DNA from: Octopus sinensis
Taxonomy: Eukaryota
Direction of reading: 5' to 3'
Assembly (NCBI RefSeq): GCF_006345805.1
Contig: NC_042998.1
Location: 199,268,001-199,332,000 of the forward strand
DNA: 64,000 nucleotides
Below, in pieces: positions 13,246 to 26,275 of this stretch. Numbering within the stretch: the first letter of the stretch is position 1; each line of letters begins with the position of its first letter. The position numbers were made by a program, and so were the translations under genes. Under the pieces are notes generated by a model. The model was not told where the DNA came from. It saw nothing but the letters and a program-made list of their open reading frames with translations, and did not search any database.

Positions 13246-13771
13246 AGAATCGTTTCTAAAGCATAGGCACAAAACTAGAGTACTTTTGCGGGGCAAGGAG
13301 TTGGGATATTAATCCATTACGTCTACCCTGTTACTTTTGTTTGATTGGAATAAATGTAACAGGAAGCATGAAAGACAAAGTTTATCTCAGCTGTATTTGA
13401 ATGCAGAGTTTAAAGAGCCGGCGCAAATATCGCAAATTATTGTGCCTTACGCTGTAAGATTTCTAATAACAGTAATAAGAATAATGGCTTATTTTCTTTC
13501 TATTCATTGTTTTTTCATCAGTGAAATAACAGTATCAAAACACTATCACCGACTAACTAAGCAGAAAATTCACATTGCAAATACATTACACGACTTACAA
13601 AACACCGAGATAACAATATTATAAAGAGAAAACTAAATTCCACAACAAAACTAAACAGACGGGGTTTACAAAAACAAGTGTACACCACTTAAAGGCAATA
13701 CTGAACACATCTCGAGAACGCATTCGAAAGTACAAGGGAACAGAAAGAAAACTATTGAAAACCCGATGATA

Positions 13772-13809
<38 letters not shown>

Positions 13810-13889
13810 TAATAATAATAAGGATAATAATGATAATGATAATAATAATAATAATGATGATGATAATAATAATAATAATAATAATAATG

Positions 13890-13944
<55 letters not shown>

Positions 13945-13967
13945 TAATAACAATAACAATGATAATG

Positions 13968-14020
<53 letters not shown>
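13772..14020. repeat. (AAT)n/(GAT) microsatellite directly 5' of a LINE
   Basis: Direct reading. Confidence 0.95.
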
Positions 14021-14021
<1 letters not shown>

Positions 14022-15950
14022 TTAGGATTTTATAATCTCCAATTATACCACTCTAGTGGAGTACTTGCCTCAGAAAATATAAACATCAACTGTGGAATTT
14101 TTCAAGGTGACTCACTTTCACCTTTAATATTCTGCATAGCCCTAATACCCCTTACAAGTGAATTAAACAGAACAAGGTATGGGTATAAAGTTGCCAATAA
14201 AAAAATAAGCCATCTATTTTATATGGATGACTTAAAACTTTATGGTAAAGACAATAATGAACTTGAAGGCCTATTGCGCACCGTGAAATCATTCAGCGAT
14301 GACATCGGGATGGAGTTTGGACTTGAGAAGTGTGCCAAGGCCACTTTCCAGAAAGGGAAGTGAAGACCACAAATTCAGTCGTGTTAGATGTTGACACAGT
14401 CATAAGAGAGCTTGAGCAAGAACAAACATACAAATATTTAGGGATAAATGAAGGCTCTGGTATTCAGCATGCAAGCATGAAAGAGAAAATCAGGAAGGAA
14501 TGTTATAGGAGAGTTCGTGCAGTCCTGAAATCTGAACTAAATGCACGTAACAAGGTGTTAGCTATAAATTCCCTAGCAGTTCCAGTTGTTACTTATAGCT
14601 ACAATGTGTTGAACTGGAATATGAGTGAAGTAAAGAATATAGATAGAAAAATATGCAAGCTGCTGAGTTGTAATAGGATGCACCACCCAAAGGCAGACGT
14701 AGATCGCCTTTACCTTCCCAGAGCCCAAGGAGGTCGAGGTCTGATCCAATTTGAACTAGCTTACAAAACAACCACAATTGGACTGGCCAAAATATCTCGA
14801 AATATCGAATGACTGGATGCTAAAGCTCGTTGAAAATCACGAGAGACGAAAGAAGCTTCATTCTATCATCAAGGAAAGCAAAAAATTTGCTATTGATCTC
14901 GTGCAGGATACCCAAACTGAACAACCCGAGGGAAGTACGGCAACTATTGTTGCAAAGAAGGTGAAAATGATGGCAATGAAAAAAGCGCACGAGCAATTGG
15001 CTGATAGGTGGGAGGAGAAACCTCTGCACGGCAAATATGTGACCCGCAGCAAACAAGCTGATGTTGACCAGAAGCAAACCCATCAGTGGCTGCGGAGCTC
15101 AGGGCTAAAAGCAGAGAGCGAAGGTTTCATCCTGGCTGCTCAAGACCAAAGCCTATCAACCCGGAACTACCAGGCCAATGTGATGAAAAATGGAGCAGAC
15201 CCAAAATGCCGATTCTGCAACGACATGATTGAAACAGTGGACCACCTAATCTCTGGATGTAAAGTCTTAGCACCAGTGGAGTATAAATTAAGACATGACA
15301 GAGTTGGCCAATATCTCCACTGGCTAATAAGTCGGCATTACAATATCAAAACTGCCGACAAGTGGTATAATCACCACCCTGAGGCTGTAACTGAAGGAGA
15401 AAATGTAACCATTCTGTGGGACTTTCCAGTACATACAGACCGAACCATCAAGGCCAATAAACCAGATATTGTTGTGAAAGACCAAAACAATAAAGTTTGC
15501 TTATTGATCGACATGAGCATCCCCTGTGATCATAATATCTCAGCGAAAGAGTTTGACAAGCTCAGAAAATATAAAGACCTACTCATTGAAATTGAGAAAA
15601 TGTGGCATCTCAAGGCGGTTACAATACCAGTGATCGTAGGAGCACTAGGAATGATCAAGAAGGGAACCGAAAATTATATGAGAATGATCCCTGGCTTACC
15701 ATCCCTGCAAGAAGTGCAAAAGATTGTCTTAACTGGTACATCACACGTATTGAGAAGAGCATTGTCGATGTGAGAACTGTTGCTGCTCATGCATTTTAAT
15801 TTAACTTAAAAAAAAAAAAAAAAAAAAAATGAACGAACTACTGAGTTTCGTTTAATGGCCTACCAATATACACTATGAGTTTCTTTGCCCTAGGAGTCGG
15901 GAAGACACTCGGCAAGAAATGGAAGAAAATTTGAAAGAAGAAAAAAAAAA

Positions 15951-15951
<1 letters not shown>
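14021..15951 (+). mobile_element. 5'-truncated R4/Dong-like non-LTR retrotransposon (RT, CCHC knuckle, restriction-like endonuclease), two frameshifts
   Basis: RT motifs GIFQGDSLSP and HLFYMDDLKLY; CRFC...HLISGC knuckle; RHD...WDF...TD...NKPDIV...LIDMS...KY.DL PD-(D/E)XK domain; stop at 15773; 3' UTR ends gaagaaaaaaaaaag then (TAA)n. Frames shift near 14350 and 14780. Confidence 0.92.
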
Positions 15952-16003
<52 letters not shown>

Positions 16004-16349
16004 CCTTTTTACTATAGGTACTATGGGGTGGAGATAGTTGATTATATCAACCCAGTACATAACTGGCACTTTATTTATCGACCCCGAAAGAATGAAAAGC
16101 AAAGTCCATCTCGGCGGAATTTTGAACTCAGTACACTTTGATCTTAGCCAAAAGGCGCAGAAGCGATAATAATAATAAGAAGAATGACTTCATTTATTTG
16201 CCACAAGGGCGAAGGATGAATGGGAACAATACAAAGACAGACATAAAGTGTTGGGGTTAATATATAATGAAATGATAAAAAAATAAGATAAAGAAAGTAT
16301 ACACCGTGTGCACTGAAAAAGAAAGGATGTATGCATAGCAACACAAAGG

Positions 16350-16438
<89 letters not shown>

Positions 16439-16443
16439 AATAT

Positions 16444-16618
16444 AGGCGCAGCAGTGGCTGTGTGGTAAGTAGCTTGCTAAACCAACCACATGGTTCCGGG
16501 TTCAGTCCCACTGCGTGGCACCTTGGGCAAGTGTCTTCTGCTATAGCCTCGGGCCGACCAATGCCTTGTGAGTGAATTTGGTAGACGGAAACTGAAAGAA
16601 GCCTGTCGTATATATGTA

Positions 16619-16651
<33 letters not shown>

Positions 16652-16903
16652 GCATGTATGTGTGTGTGTTTGTGTGTCTGTGTTTGTCCCCCTAGCATTG
16701 CTTGACAACCGATGCTGGTGTGTTTACGTCCCCGTCACTTAGCGTCTCGGCAAAAAAGAGACCGATAGAATAAGTACTGGGGCTTACAAAAAGAATAAGT
16801 CCCGGGGGTCGATTTGCTCGACTGAAAGGCTGTACTCCAGCATGGCCGCAGTCAAATGACTGAAACAAGTAAAAGAGTAACAGAGTAAAAGAGTAAAAGA
16901 GTA
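16444..16903 (+). mobile_element. tRNA-derived SINE family 3 with internal (TA)n(TG)n and (AAAGAGT)n tail
   Basis: aggcgcagcagtggctgtgtggtaag...ggttccgggttcagtccc (A/B-box-like); matches 59899-60350 and 62505-62930. Confidence 0.9.
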
Positions 16904-16920
16904 ATAATAATAATAATAAT

Positions 16921-17151
16921 ATTTCTTTACTACCCACAAGGGGCTAAACACAGAGGGGACAAACAAAGACAGATAAAGGGATTAAGTCGATTACATCGAC
17001 TCCAGTGCGTAACTGGTACTAAATTTATCGACCCCGAAAGGATGAAAGGCAAAGTCCACCTCGGCGGAATTTGAACTCGGAACGTAACGACAGACGAAAT
17101 ACGGCTACGCCTTTTCGCCCGGCGTGCTAACGTTTCTGCCAGCTCGCCGCC
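16921..17151 (-). mobile_element. SINE family 1 full monomer
   Basis: Complete head (ggcggcgagctggcagaaacgttagcacgccggg on minus) plus body. Confidence 0.92.
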
Positions 17152-17165
17152 AAAAAATAAAATAA

Positions 17166-17239
<74 letters not shown>

Positions 17240-17240
17240 A

Positions 17241-17286
<46 letters not shown>

Positions 17287-17519
17287 GGATTAATGATGAT
17301 GATGATGATAATGATAACGATAATGATAATCATAACAATGATGATGATGACAAATATCTAAACAAGATTGAATCACTTACCTGGCTCCTATCATCAACTG
17401 TATAAACAGGTCCGTTATAGTTCTCTCTCTCTCTATATATATACTCACTCGTTTCTAACAGACACACAAACACGGCTCGCTCCAATAAAACTAACCAAAC
17501 ACGGAACTGACTGCAAACT

Positions 17520-18997
17520 CTCGTCTATTCACATTACGACGGTGGCGGCTATGGTTGGTGTTTGTGACTGCGGTCGTAATGTATTGGTGGTTGCTGTAGC
17601 GGCGGCAGCAATGGTCCTAGTGTTTAATGGTTATGATAATGGTGGGCGTGGAGGTATTGTTGTCGGCGTTGGCGGTGAAGGGGGGTCGTTGATGGCGGTG
17701 CTGGTGCTGGTGGTGGTGGTGGTGGAAAAATATTAGCCTGATGGTTGTGTGGTGGTGGTTTTGTTATTGTTGTTGAAGGTGGTGAAGGTGGTTGCAGGTG
17801 GTTTTGCTGTTATTGTTGTTGATAGTGGTGATGGTGGTATGATGATAGATGTGGTGTTGTTGTTAATAGTGTTGATGGTAGCGTTGTTGAGAATTCAATA
17901 ATGGGACCTCATAGCGCTAGTGGTGGTGTTGGTGGTGTTGGTGGTGTTGTTGGAGGTGGTGTTGGTGGTGGTGATGTTGGTGGTGTTGGTGGTGGTGTTG
18001 GTGGTGGCGGTGTTGTTGTTGTTGGTGGTGTTGTTGGAGGTGGTGTTGGTGGTGGTGATGTTGGTGGTGTTGGTGGTGGTGTTGGTGGTGGCGGTGTTGT
18101 TGTTGGTGGTGTTGTTGGAGGTGGTGTTGGTGGTGGTGATGTTGGTGGTGTTGGTGGTGGTGTTGGTGGTGGCGGTGTTGTTGTTGTTGGTGGTGTTGTT
18201 GGAGGTGGTGTTGGTGGTGGTGATGTTGGTGGTGTTGGTGGTGGTGTTGGTGGTGGCGGTGTTGTTGTTGGTGGTGTTGTTGGAGGTGGTGTTGGTGGTG
18301 GTGATGTTGGTGGTGTTGGTGGTGGTGTTGGTGGTGGCGGTGTTGTTGTTGGTGGTGGTGTTGTTGTTGTTGGTGTTGTTGTTGTTTGTGGTGGTGTTGT
18401 TGGTGTTGGTGGTGGTGCTGTTGGTGGTAGTGATGATGGTGGTGGTGGTAGTGATGATGGTGGTGGTGGTGGTGTTGGTGGTAGTGATGATGGTGGTGGT
18501 GGTGGTGGTGGTGATGTTGGTGTTGGTGGTGTTGGTGTTGGTGGTGTTGTTGGTGTTGGTGGTGGTGTTGGTGGTGGTGATGATGATGGTGGTGTTGTTG
18601 GTGGTGGTGGTGTTGGTGGTGGTGGTGTTGTTGGTGTTGGTGATGATGGTGGTGATGGTGGTGTTGGTGATGTTGGTGGTGGTGGTGGTGGTGGTGGTGG
18701 TGCTAGTGGTGTTGTTTGGGATGATAGCAGTGGTGGTGGTAGTAGTAGTAGTAGTGTAGATCATAGAGGTGGCAGTGGTTATAGTGACAGTAGAAGCGTT
18801 AGTGATAATGGTGGTGGTAGTGGTGGTAGTGGTGGTAGGGATGGTGATAATGGAAGTAGTAATAATGGTAGCGATGGTGGTGTTCGTGATGGTAGAGTTG
18901 CTGTTGTAGTTTGGGAGTAAACCTGATAATAGTTGCGGTGGTGCTTGAGGTAGTGGTTGTGTTTGTTGTAGTAGCGGAACTAGTGCTAGTGCTGAGA

Positions 18998-19050
<53 letters not shown>

Positions 19051-19200
19051 AGGAGAGAGATGGCGGTGGTGGTGATGGCAGTGTAGACGGTAGTAATGAG
19101 TGGTGATGGTGGTAGCAGAATCGTTGCAGTTAAGGTAATGGTGGCGGTAGCGGTAATGGTGGCAGAGGTGGTGCAGAGTTTATTGCTATCGCTCGTGTTG
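17520..19200. repeat. Compound (GGT/GTT/GAT)n trinucleotide region with an 84/81-bp higher-order repeat
   Basis: Direct reading; the gat marker recurs at 17973, 18057, 18138, 18222, 18303. Confidence 0.9.
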
Positions 19201-19463
19201 TGGAACAATTAATTTAAACGAAACTACCCCACCCCACAAATATAACTTCTTAATAACCTCTTCCTATACTACCTCTATTCGCCTCCTATAACTCTCTCCT
19301 CCCCCTCTCTCTCTCTCACACACACACGCAGCGTGCGCGAACACACACACTCCTTCTCTCTCTCTCTCTCTCTCTCATCATTTTCTTGTTCACGATTAAT
19401 ACAAATATTTCTTTATTAAAACAAATACTTTCATTCCTCTCTTAACATATATCTTTTGTTCGC

Positions 19464-19464
<1 letters not shown>

Positions 19465-19551
<87 letters not shown>

Positions 19552-19556
19552 ATCTC

Positions 19557-19599
<43 letters not shown>

Positions 19600-19600
19600 G

Positions 19601-19641
<41 letters not shown>

Positions 19642-19650
19642 TTCTATCTG

Positions 19651-19739
<89 letters not shown>

Positions 19740-19750
19740 ATCTATCTGTC
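19465..19750. repeat. (TATC)n/(TGTC)n compound microsatellite
   Basis: Direct reading. Confidence 0.95.
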
Positions 19751-20483
19751 TGTCCGTCTATAGTTCCTTGCGTGTAAGATATGTGGGTGGATAGCATATA
19801 GTAAAGAAACATTATCTAATGTAGAACTCAAAACAGATATAGAGTATATAAACATACATATACATAACATACATTCATACACACATATATTACATAAATA
19901 TGTATGTACACATACATATGTACATATACATATATGTGTGTATATGTATATGTGTTACGTATGTATGTATGTATGTATGTATGTACGTATGTATGTATGT
20001 ATGTATGTATGTATATATCTATCTATCTATACGCACACACACACACATACGCGTATACTATAAAAAATACGTAGATGTTTCAAACCCATGATTCTTCATA
20101 AGAGGTTATCTGTCATGCCTCTCCCAAAACATAACAGCTGTATATCATCTTTGTCCTCAAATCACTTTTACGAAATACTAGCTCTACAAATAAATGGAAG
20201 ACAATCTAATCTATTTCTGCACCAACATTCGACACCTTGTGAGTAATAAATAAAAAAATCTTGACTTCAATTTTGACAGTTAAAAGAGACGCACAACAAA
20301 TCTCATGTCCACTGTTCATCATATACACAGCAATTGAACAATATAATGGAAACACCACTTTCCGTTGGTCATATGACATGTTCAAAACTGTTCTAGTTTT
20401 ATGTATGTTCATATGCATTATGTATGTCGTATACTTCATGATATAAGACTGTTTTTCCTTTTTGTATATATATATATATATAT

Positions 20484-21315
20484 ACACGAGCAAAACGCCC
20501 TCCCTCCAATGGACGGTGCTGAGTTGTCAAACATTTAAACCAAATTTTCTCAAAACAACTTGTCCGACCGTCCCATAGGCCTCCCCTTTCAGAAACACAG
20601 ATTTAACCTAAATTTGAGACACCAGCAAAAGAAGAAATAAAGATAGACTTTTTTCGATTCCAAAGAAAAACGATTTTATTCACACAAATATGCAATTGAA
20701 GAGTTTAAAGTACCTGTAATTATAAGGCTGTTGACTGGGGGCACACAAACATGGTTTAAACAGTAAGCTTGGTAGGAAAGAAACGTGCCTTCAAGCAGTA
20801 CAAAAATAACAAAAAAAGGAAGGTGCAGTTATGTACAGGTTGACGAAAGAAAAGCAGGACAAAAACGATGCATGCTAATGGGTTAGCTGGAGGTAAATCT
20901 AGATGGTTAAGGCAACCCCCCCCACACCCAAAAACCCAATAGACTTTCGTTCTTTTATGCCAAGTCTGAAGAAAATATCTCTCTTGCATCTTACTTTTTT
21001 TGTACTCTTAAATATACTGCATTTTGTGGCATTATTTCAAGCCAGCCGACTTTTTTTGCGCAAACTGTCCGTGCATATTTCTCGCGTTCGCGTAGTATCG
21101 ATAGCAACGGCTGATGTACTTGCGTGTACAAATGCACGTTCCCAAGGCTTTATCGATCGCATTCTCACCTGGAATCGATTTTTGTAAATTTTTCAAGACT
21201 TATACACGCCTTGATACCATCAGTATCTACATATCAAATTTGAGCGCAATCGGATGGAGGATGCCCGAGATCTTAGAAGACACACACATAGACAGACAGA
21301 ACGGATTTTATATAT
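20484..21315 (-). mobile_element. Probable non-autonomous Helitron-like element, second family
   Basis: Minus-strand 5' end atatataaaatccgttctgtctgtctatgtgtgtgtc resembles the Helitron starts elsewhere in the window; the other end has a GC hairpin-like stretch followed by ctcgt (decayed CTAGT). Confidence 0.42.
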
Positions 21316-21394
21316 AATATATATATTATTATACTCATATATATATGCACCACACACGCACACACACACACATATATTATATATATATTTATTC

Positions 21395-21428
<34 letters not shown>

Positions 21429-21463
21429 ATATTATATTATATTCTATATATATATTATATATA

Positions 21464-21554
<91 letters not shown>

Positions 21555-21584
21555 GTGTGTGTGTGTGGTTGTGTGTGGTGTGTG

Positions 21585-21955
21585 AGTGATCTACCTGATT
21601 TCCAAAGAGGAAAATTGCTGTAGCGTGGATAACTGGAGTTTTAGTCCAAAACTGCTGAATTGCGTAATATTTTGAGAAGTAATGTTTCAAAGACCATGTT
21701 GGCATTCGAAGATAGAGATAAAACCAAGTCTGGCAAGCATGATTCTTGGCAGAATGCAAAGTTCACTGAGAGAAACTGCAGAATTTGAGGCGGGAAAAAC
21801 CGCATCGATCTACGACAGCGAAAGTAACAGCAAAGCTAAACCACTATCTAAATCACTAGGGTCACCCAAAAGTTTTGCCGTTAACTCCATAAAGAAGGGG
21901 ACCAAGGAAGGCATGCGGTTGCTAATCCCTTTCCTGTCCACCATCGACATTTAGA
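21585..21955 (+). mobile_element. Degenerate Tc1-like transposase N-terminal (paired/HTH) fragment
   Basis: Across frames: DLPDFQRGK...TAELRNILRSNVSKTM...KT.S.K.DS...KFTERNCR...LHKEG.QGR.AVA.PF, matching the Tc1 pattern DLSDF.RG...TA.L..VSR.TVSKVM...KLTERD.R...LHK.G..GR.A..KP. Confidence 0.55.
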
Positions 21956-21969
21956 AACGAAAAAAATAT

Positions 21970-22337
21970 GGAAGCACTCCAGCGGTTACGACGATGAGGG
22001 TTCCGGTTGATCCGAATCAACGGAACAGCCTGCTCGTGAAATTAGCGTGTAAGTGGCTGAGCACTCCACAGACACGTGTACCCTTAACGTAGTTCTCGGG
22101 GATATTCAGCGTGACACAGAGAGTGACAAGGCCGGCCCTTTGAAATACAGGTACAACAGAAACAGGAAGTAAGAGTGAGAGAAAGGTGTGGTGAAAGAGT
22201 ACAGCAGGGATCACCACCATCCCCTGCCGGAGCCTCGTGGAGCTTTAGGTGTTTTCTCGCTCAATAAACACTCACAACGCCCGGTCTGGGAATCGAAACC
22301 ACGATCCCATGACCTAACCACTGGGCCATTGCGCCTC
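21970..22337 (-). mobile_element. tRNA-derived SINE family 2
   Basis: Minus-strand head ggaggcgcaatggcccagtggttagg...gtttcgattcccagaccggg; homologs at 25767, 34625, 38757, 57655. Confidence 0.88.
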
Positions 22338-22572
22338 CGAACGAAAAAAATAACAGCTTCCATAACCAGATTCAGAAACCAGTTCTTTCACACATATAAA
22401 TCATACACATGTAATTTGCTCTATTTTGATTTCCTTTGATTATATACACTCCCAGTCTGTCTCTCTTTTCCTTCTCTCTCTGCATATGTTTATGTGCGCC
22501 TGTGTAAGTATGTGCATGTGTGTATATATGTGTATATGTGGTTATATGTGTGGTTATAAATATGAGTAAATA

Positions 22573-22792
22573 TACGAGGGGGCGATGAAAAGTTCCTGGC
22601 ATTAAGGGTATCGCGAAAAGCCAGGCTGGAGGCCCAACTTTCCGAGTTCTTTTACAGGGCTTAGAAAAATTGAAGGACCGCTGCAATAAGTATGTAAGCC
22701 TGGGAGAGAAATACGTTGAATGAAATCATAATTAAGTGATCCTCCTGTATTTTCATTTATTCAAAGCTAGGAACTTTTCAGCATCCTCTCAT
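22573..22792. mobile_element. Mariner-derived MITE (~220 bp), TA flanks
   Basis: Left TIR tacgagggggcgatgaaaagttcctggc; right TIR reverse complement tatgagaggatgctgaaaagttcctagc. Confidence 0.8.
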
Positions 22793-22851
22793 ATGTGTAT
22801 ATGTCTGTATGTATGTATGTATGTATGTATGTATGTATGTATGTATGTATG

Positions 22852-22900
<49 letters not shown>

Positions 22901-22905
<5 letters not shown>

Positions 22906-25706
22906 TCAATATAGGGAGGCAAAAAAATTTTGTAGAATTCTTTTGCCCCAGCGGCCTAGTGGGAAAAATTAAATAGTCATAAACCATTTTTAAGTTCAAT
23001 ATCACAATCAAGGAACGGCCATAATAGGCCATTCACCCACTAGAAATAACAGCCAAAAAGCTTCAACCGCAAAATAACATTAATTCCGTAAACCAGGAAA
23101 AAATTAAAAACATTTACCCTGAAATTCCTTATACGATGCACCGTTTCTTCTACTGTTTTATGGTAAACTAACCTGATTAAATTAAATCAAGCCAATCTAC
23201 CATAGGCCCTTAGATTCATCAGTAAGGAATAGCCAAATCGGAACAGATATTTTTCACGAGGCATTCTCGTCCATGCCTCGCCAATATCTGACCTAAAATT
23301 TTCAAATCGTCGCACTCGCGCCAAATTTATCGGCAGCAATAAATATAAGCCGCCGATTCCATTACGGAACCAACCAGAAAATTCATAATTAATCAATATA
23401 GGGAGGCAAAAAAATTTTGTAGAATTCTTTGCCCCCAGCGGCCTAGTGGGAAAAAATTAAATAGTCATAAACCATTTTTAAGTTCAATATCACAATCAAG
23501 GAACGGCCATAATAGGCCATTCACCCACTAGAAATAACAGCCAAAAGCTTCAACCGCAAAATAACATTAATTCCGTAAACCAGGAGAAAATTAAAACCAT
23601 TTACCCTGAAATTCCTTATACGATGCACCGTTTCTTCTACTGTTTAATGGTAAACTAACCTGATTAAATTAAATCAAGCCAATCTACCATAGGCCTTAGA
23701 TTCATCAGTAAGGAATAGCCAAATCGGAACAGATATTTTTCACGAGGCATTCTCGTCCATGCCTCGCCAATATCTGACCTAAAATTTTCAATCGTCGCAC
23801 TCGCGCCAAATTTATCGGCAGCAAATAAATATAAGCCGCCGATTCCATTACGGAACCAACCAGAAAATTCATAATTAATCAATATAGGGAGGCAAAAAAA
23901 TTTAGGGAGGCAAAAAAATTTTGTAGAATTCTTTTGCCCCCAGCGGCCTAGTGGGAAAAAATTAATAGTCATAAACCATTTTTAAGTTCAATATCACAAT
24001 CAAGGAACGGCCATAATAGGCCATTCACCCACTAGAAATAACAGCCAAAAGCTTCAACCGCAAAATAACATTAATTCCGTAAACCAGGAGAAAATTAAAA
24101 AACATTTACCCTGAAATTCCTTATACGATGCACCGTTTTCTTCTATTGTTTAATGGTAAACTAACCTGATTAAATTAAATCAAGCCAATCTACCATAGGC
24201 CCTTAGATTCATCAGTAAGGAATAGCCAAATCGGAACAGATATTTTTCACGAGGCATTCTCGTCCATGCCTCGCCAATATCTGACCTAAAATTTTCAAAT
24301 CGTCGCACTCGCGCCAAATTTATCGGCAGCAAATTGATTAATTATGAATTTCTGGTTGGTTCCGTAATGGAATCGGCGGCTTATATTATTTGTTGCCGAT
24401 AAATTTGGCGCGAGTGCGACGATTTGAAAATTTTAGGTCAGATATTGGCGAGGCATGGACGAGAATGCCTCGTGAAAAATATCTGTTCCGATTTGGCTAT
24501 TCCTTACTGATGAATCTAAGGGCCTATGGTAGATTGGCTTGATTTAATTTAATCAGGTTAGTTTACCATTAAACAGTAGAAGAAACGGTGCATCGTATAA
24601 GGAATTTCAGGGTAAATGGTTTTTAATTTTCTCCTGGTTTACGGAATTAATGTTATTTTGCGGTTGAAGCTTTTTGGCTGTTATTTCTAGTGGGTGAATG
24701 GCCTATTATGGCCGTTCCTTGATTGTGATATTGAACTTAAAAATGGTTTATGACTATTTAATTTTTTCCCACTAGGCCGCTGGGGGCAAAGAATTCTACA
24801 AAATTTTTTTGCCTCCCTATATTGATTAATTATGAATTTTCTGGTTGGTTCCGTAATGGAATCGGCGGCTTATATTTATTTGCTGCCGATAAATTTGGCG
24901 CGAGTGCGACGATTTGAAAATTTTAGGTCAGATATTGGCGAGGCATGGACGAGAATGCCTCGTGAAAAATATCTGTTCCGATTTGGCTATTCCTTACTGA
25001 TGAATCTAAGGCCTATGGTAGATTGGCTTGATTTAATTTAATCAGGTTAGTTTACCATTAAACAGTAGAAGAAACGGTGCATCGTATAAGGAATTTCAGG
25101 GTAAATGTTTTTTAATTTTCTCCTGGTTTACGGAATTAATGTTATTTTGCGGTTGAAGCTTTTTGGCTGTTATTTCTAGTGGGTGAATGGCCTATTATGG
25201 CCGTTCCTTGATTGTGATATTGAACTTAAAAATGGTTTATGACTATTTAATTTTTTCCCACTAGGCCGCTGGGGGCAAAAGAATTCTACAAAATTTTTTT
25301 GCCTCCCTATATTGATTAATTATGAATTTTCTGGTTGGTTCCGTAATGGAATCGGCGGCTTATATTTATTTGCTGCCGATAAATTTGGCGCGAGTGCGAC
25401 GATTTGAAAATTTTAGGTCAGATATTGGCGAGGCATGGACGAGAATGCCTCGTGAAAAATATCTGTTCCGATTTGGCTATTCCTTACTGATGAATCTAAG
25501 GGCCTATGGTAGATTGGCTTGATTTAATTTAATCAGGTTAGTTTACCATTAAACAGTAGAAGAAACGGTGCATCGTATAAGGAATTTCAGGGTAAATTTT
25601 TTTAATTTTCTCCTGGTTTACGGAATTAATGTTATTTTGCGGTTGAAGCTTTTTGGCTGTTATTTCTAGTGGGTGAATGGCCTATTATGGCCGTTCCTTG
25701 ATTGTG

Positions 25707-25710
<4 letters not shown>
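22901..25710. repeat. Fold-back array: three ~487-bp units forward then three reversed, inside (TA)n
   Basis: Units start 22901, 23388, 23874 (+); inversion junction at 24333/24334; reverse units 24343-24830, 24831-25320, partial 25321-25710. Confidence 0.97.
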
Positions 25711-25766
<56 letters not shown>

Positions 25767-25767
<1 letters not shown>

Positions 25768-26055
25768 GTGGTTAGGGCAGCGAACTCACAGTCGTAGGAT
25801 CGCGGTTTTGATTCCCAGACCGGGCGTTGTGAGTGTTTATTGAGCGAAAACACCTAAAAGCTCCACGAAGATCCGGCAGGGGGCGGTGGCGATCCCTGCT
25901 GTACTCTTTCGCCACAACTTTCTCTCATTCTTTCTTCGGTTGGCCTGCTCACTTTGCCAGCGGGGTGGCGTCATCGGAAGGCTAAAACAATGCAAAGTGC
26001 ATTGTGACCAGCGATGTGCAGCAACATCTGATAGCCTGGTGGTCGGTCACGGTGA
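25767..26055 (+). mobile_element. SINE family 2
   Basis: ggtggttagggcagcgaactc...ttgattcccagaccgggcgttgtgagtgtttattgagcgaaaacacc. Confidence 0.85.
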
Positions 26056-26275
26056 TCAGGGTGATATATATATATAAGATCCAAGGTTAAAAAAGTAGGA
26101 AGTAAGTGAGCTTCAAGCAATCTTTAGAAAATATATAAAAACAACTTTCAGAAATAATAGTGGTTTATTGGGACGGAAGGTTGTGGATGTTTTATCGAAA
26201 CACGATAAGCTGAAAAAAATTATTTTATATTTCACAGTAGCAGCCAGGGTTTCCAGGTATGCGAATAAAAATCCA

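Noticed and set aside
16444-16520. tRNA-gene-like segments (here and in other SINE heads)
   Set aside because: A/B-box-like motifs are present but they continue into SINE bodies and lack a full cloverleaf; not tRNA genes.
17895-19208. 437-aa Thr/Asn-rich mucin-like ORF and overlapping Gly/Val and Val/Leu ORFs as CDS
   Set aside because: Trinucleotide GGT/GTT repeats are open in several frames at once; no signal peptide, domain or splice support. Kept only as a repeat finding.
21682-21954. 90-aa ORF as a host exon or RT fragment
   Set aside because: An alternative frame matches a Tc1 transposase N-terminus better.
22901-25710. CRISPR array or coding repeats (MNFLVGSV... and MINYEFSG... ORFs)
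   Set aside because: Units are ~487-bp whole-sequence repeats without unique spacers; the short ORFs shift frame between copies.
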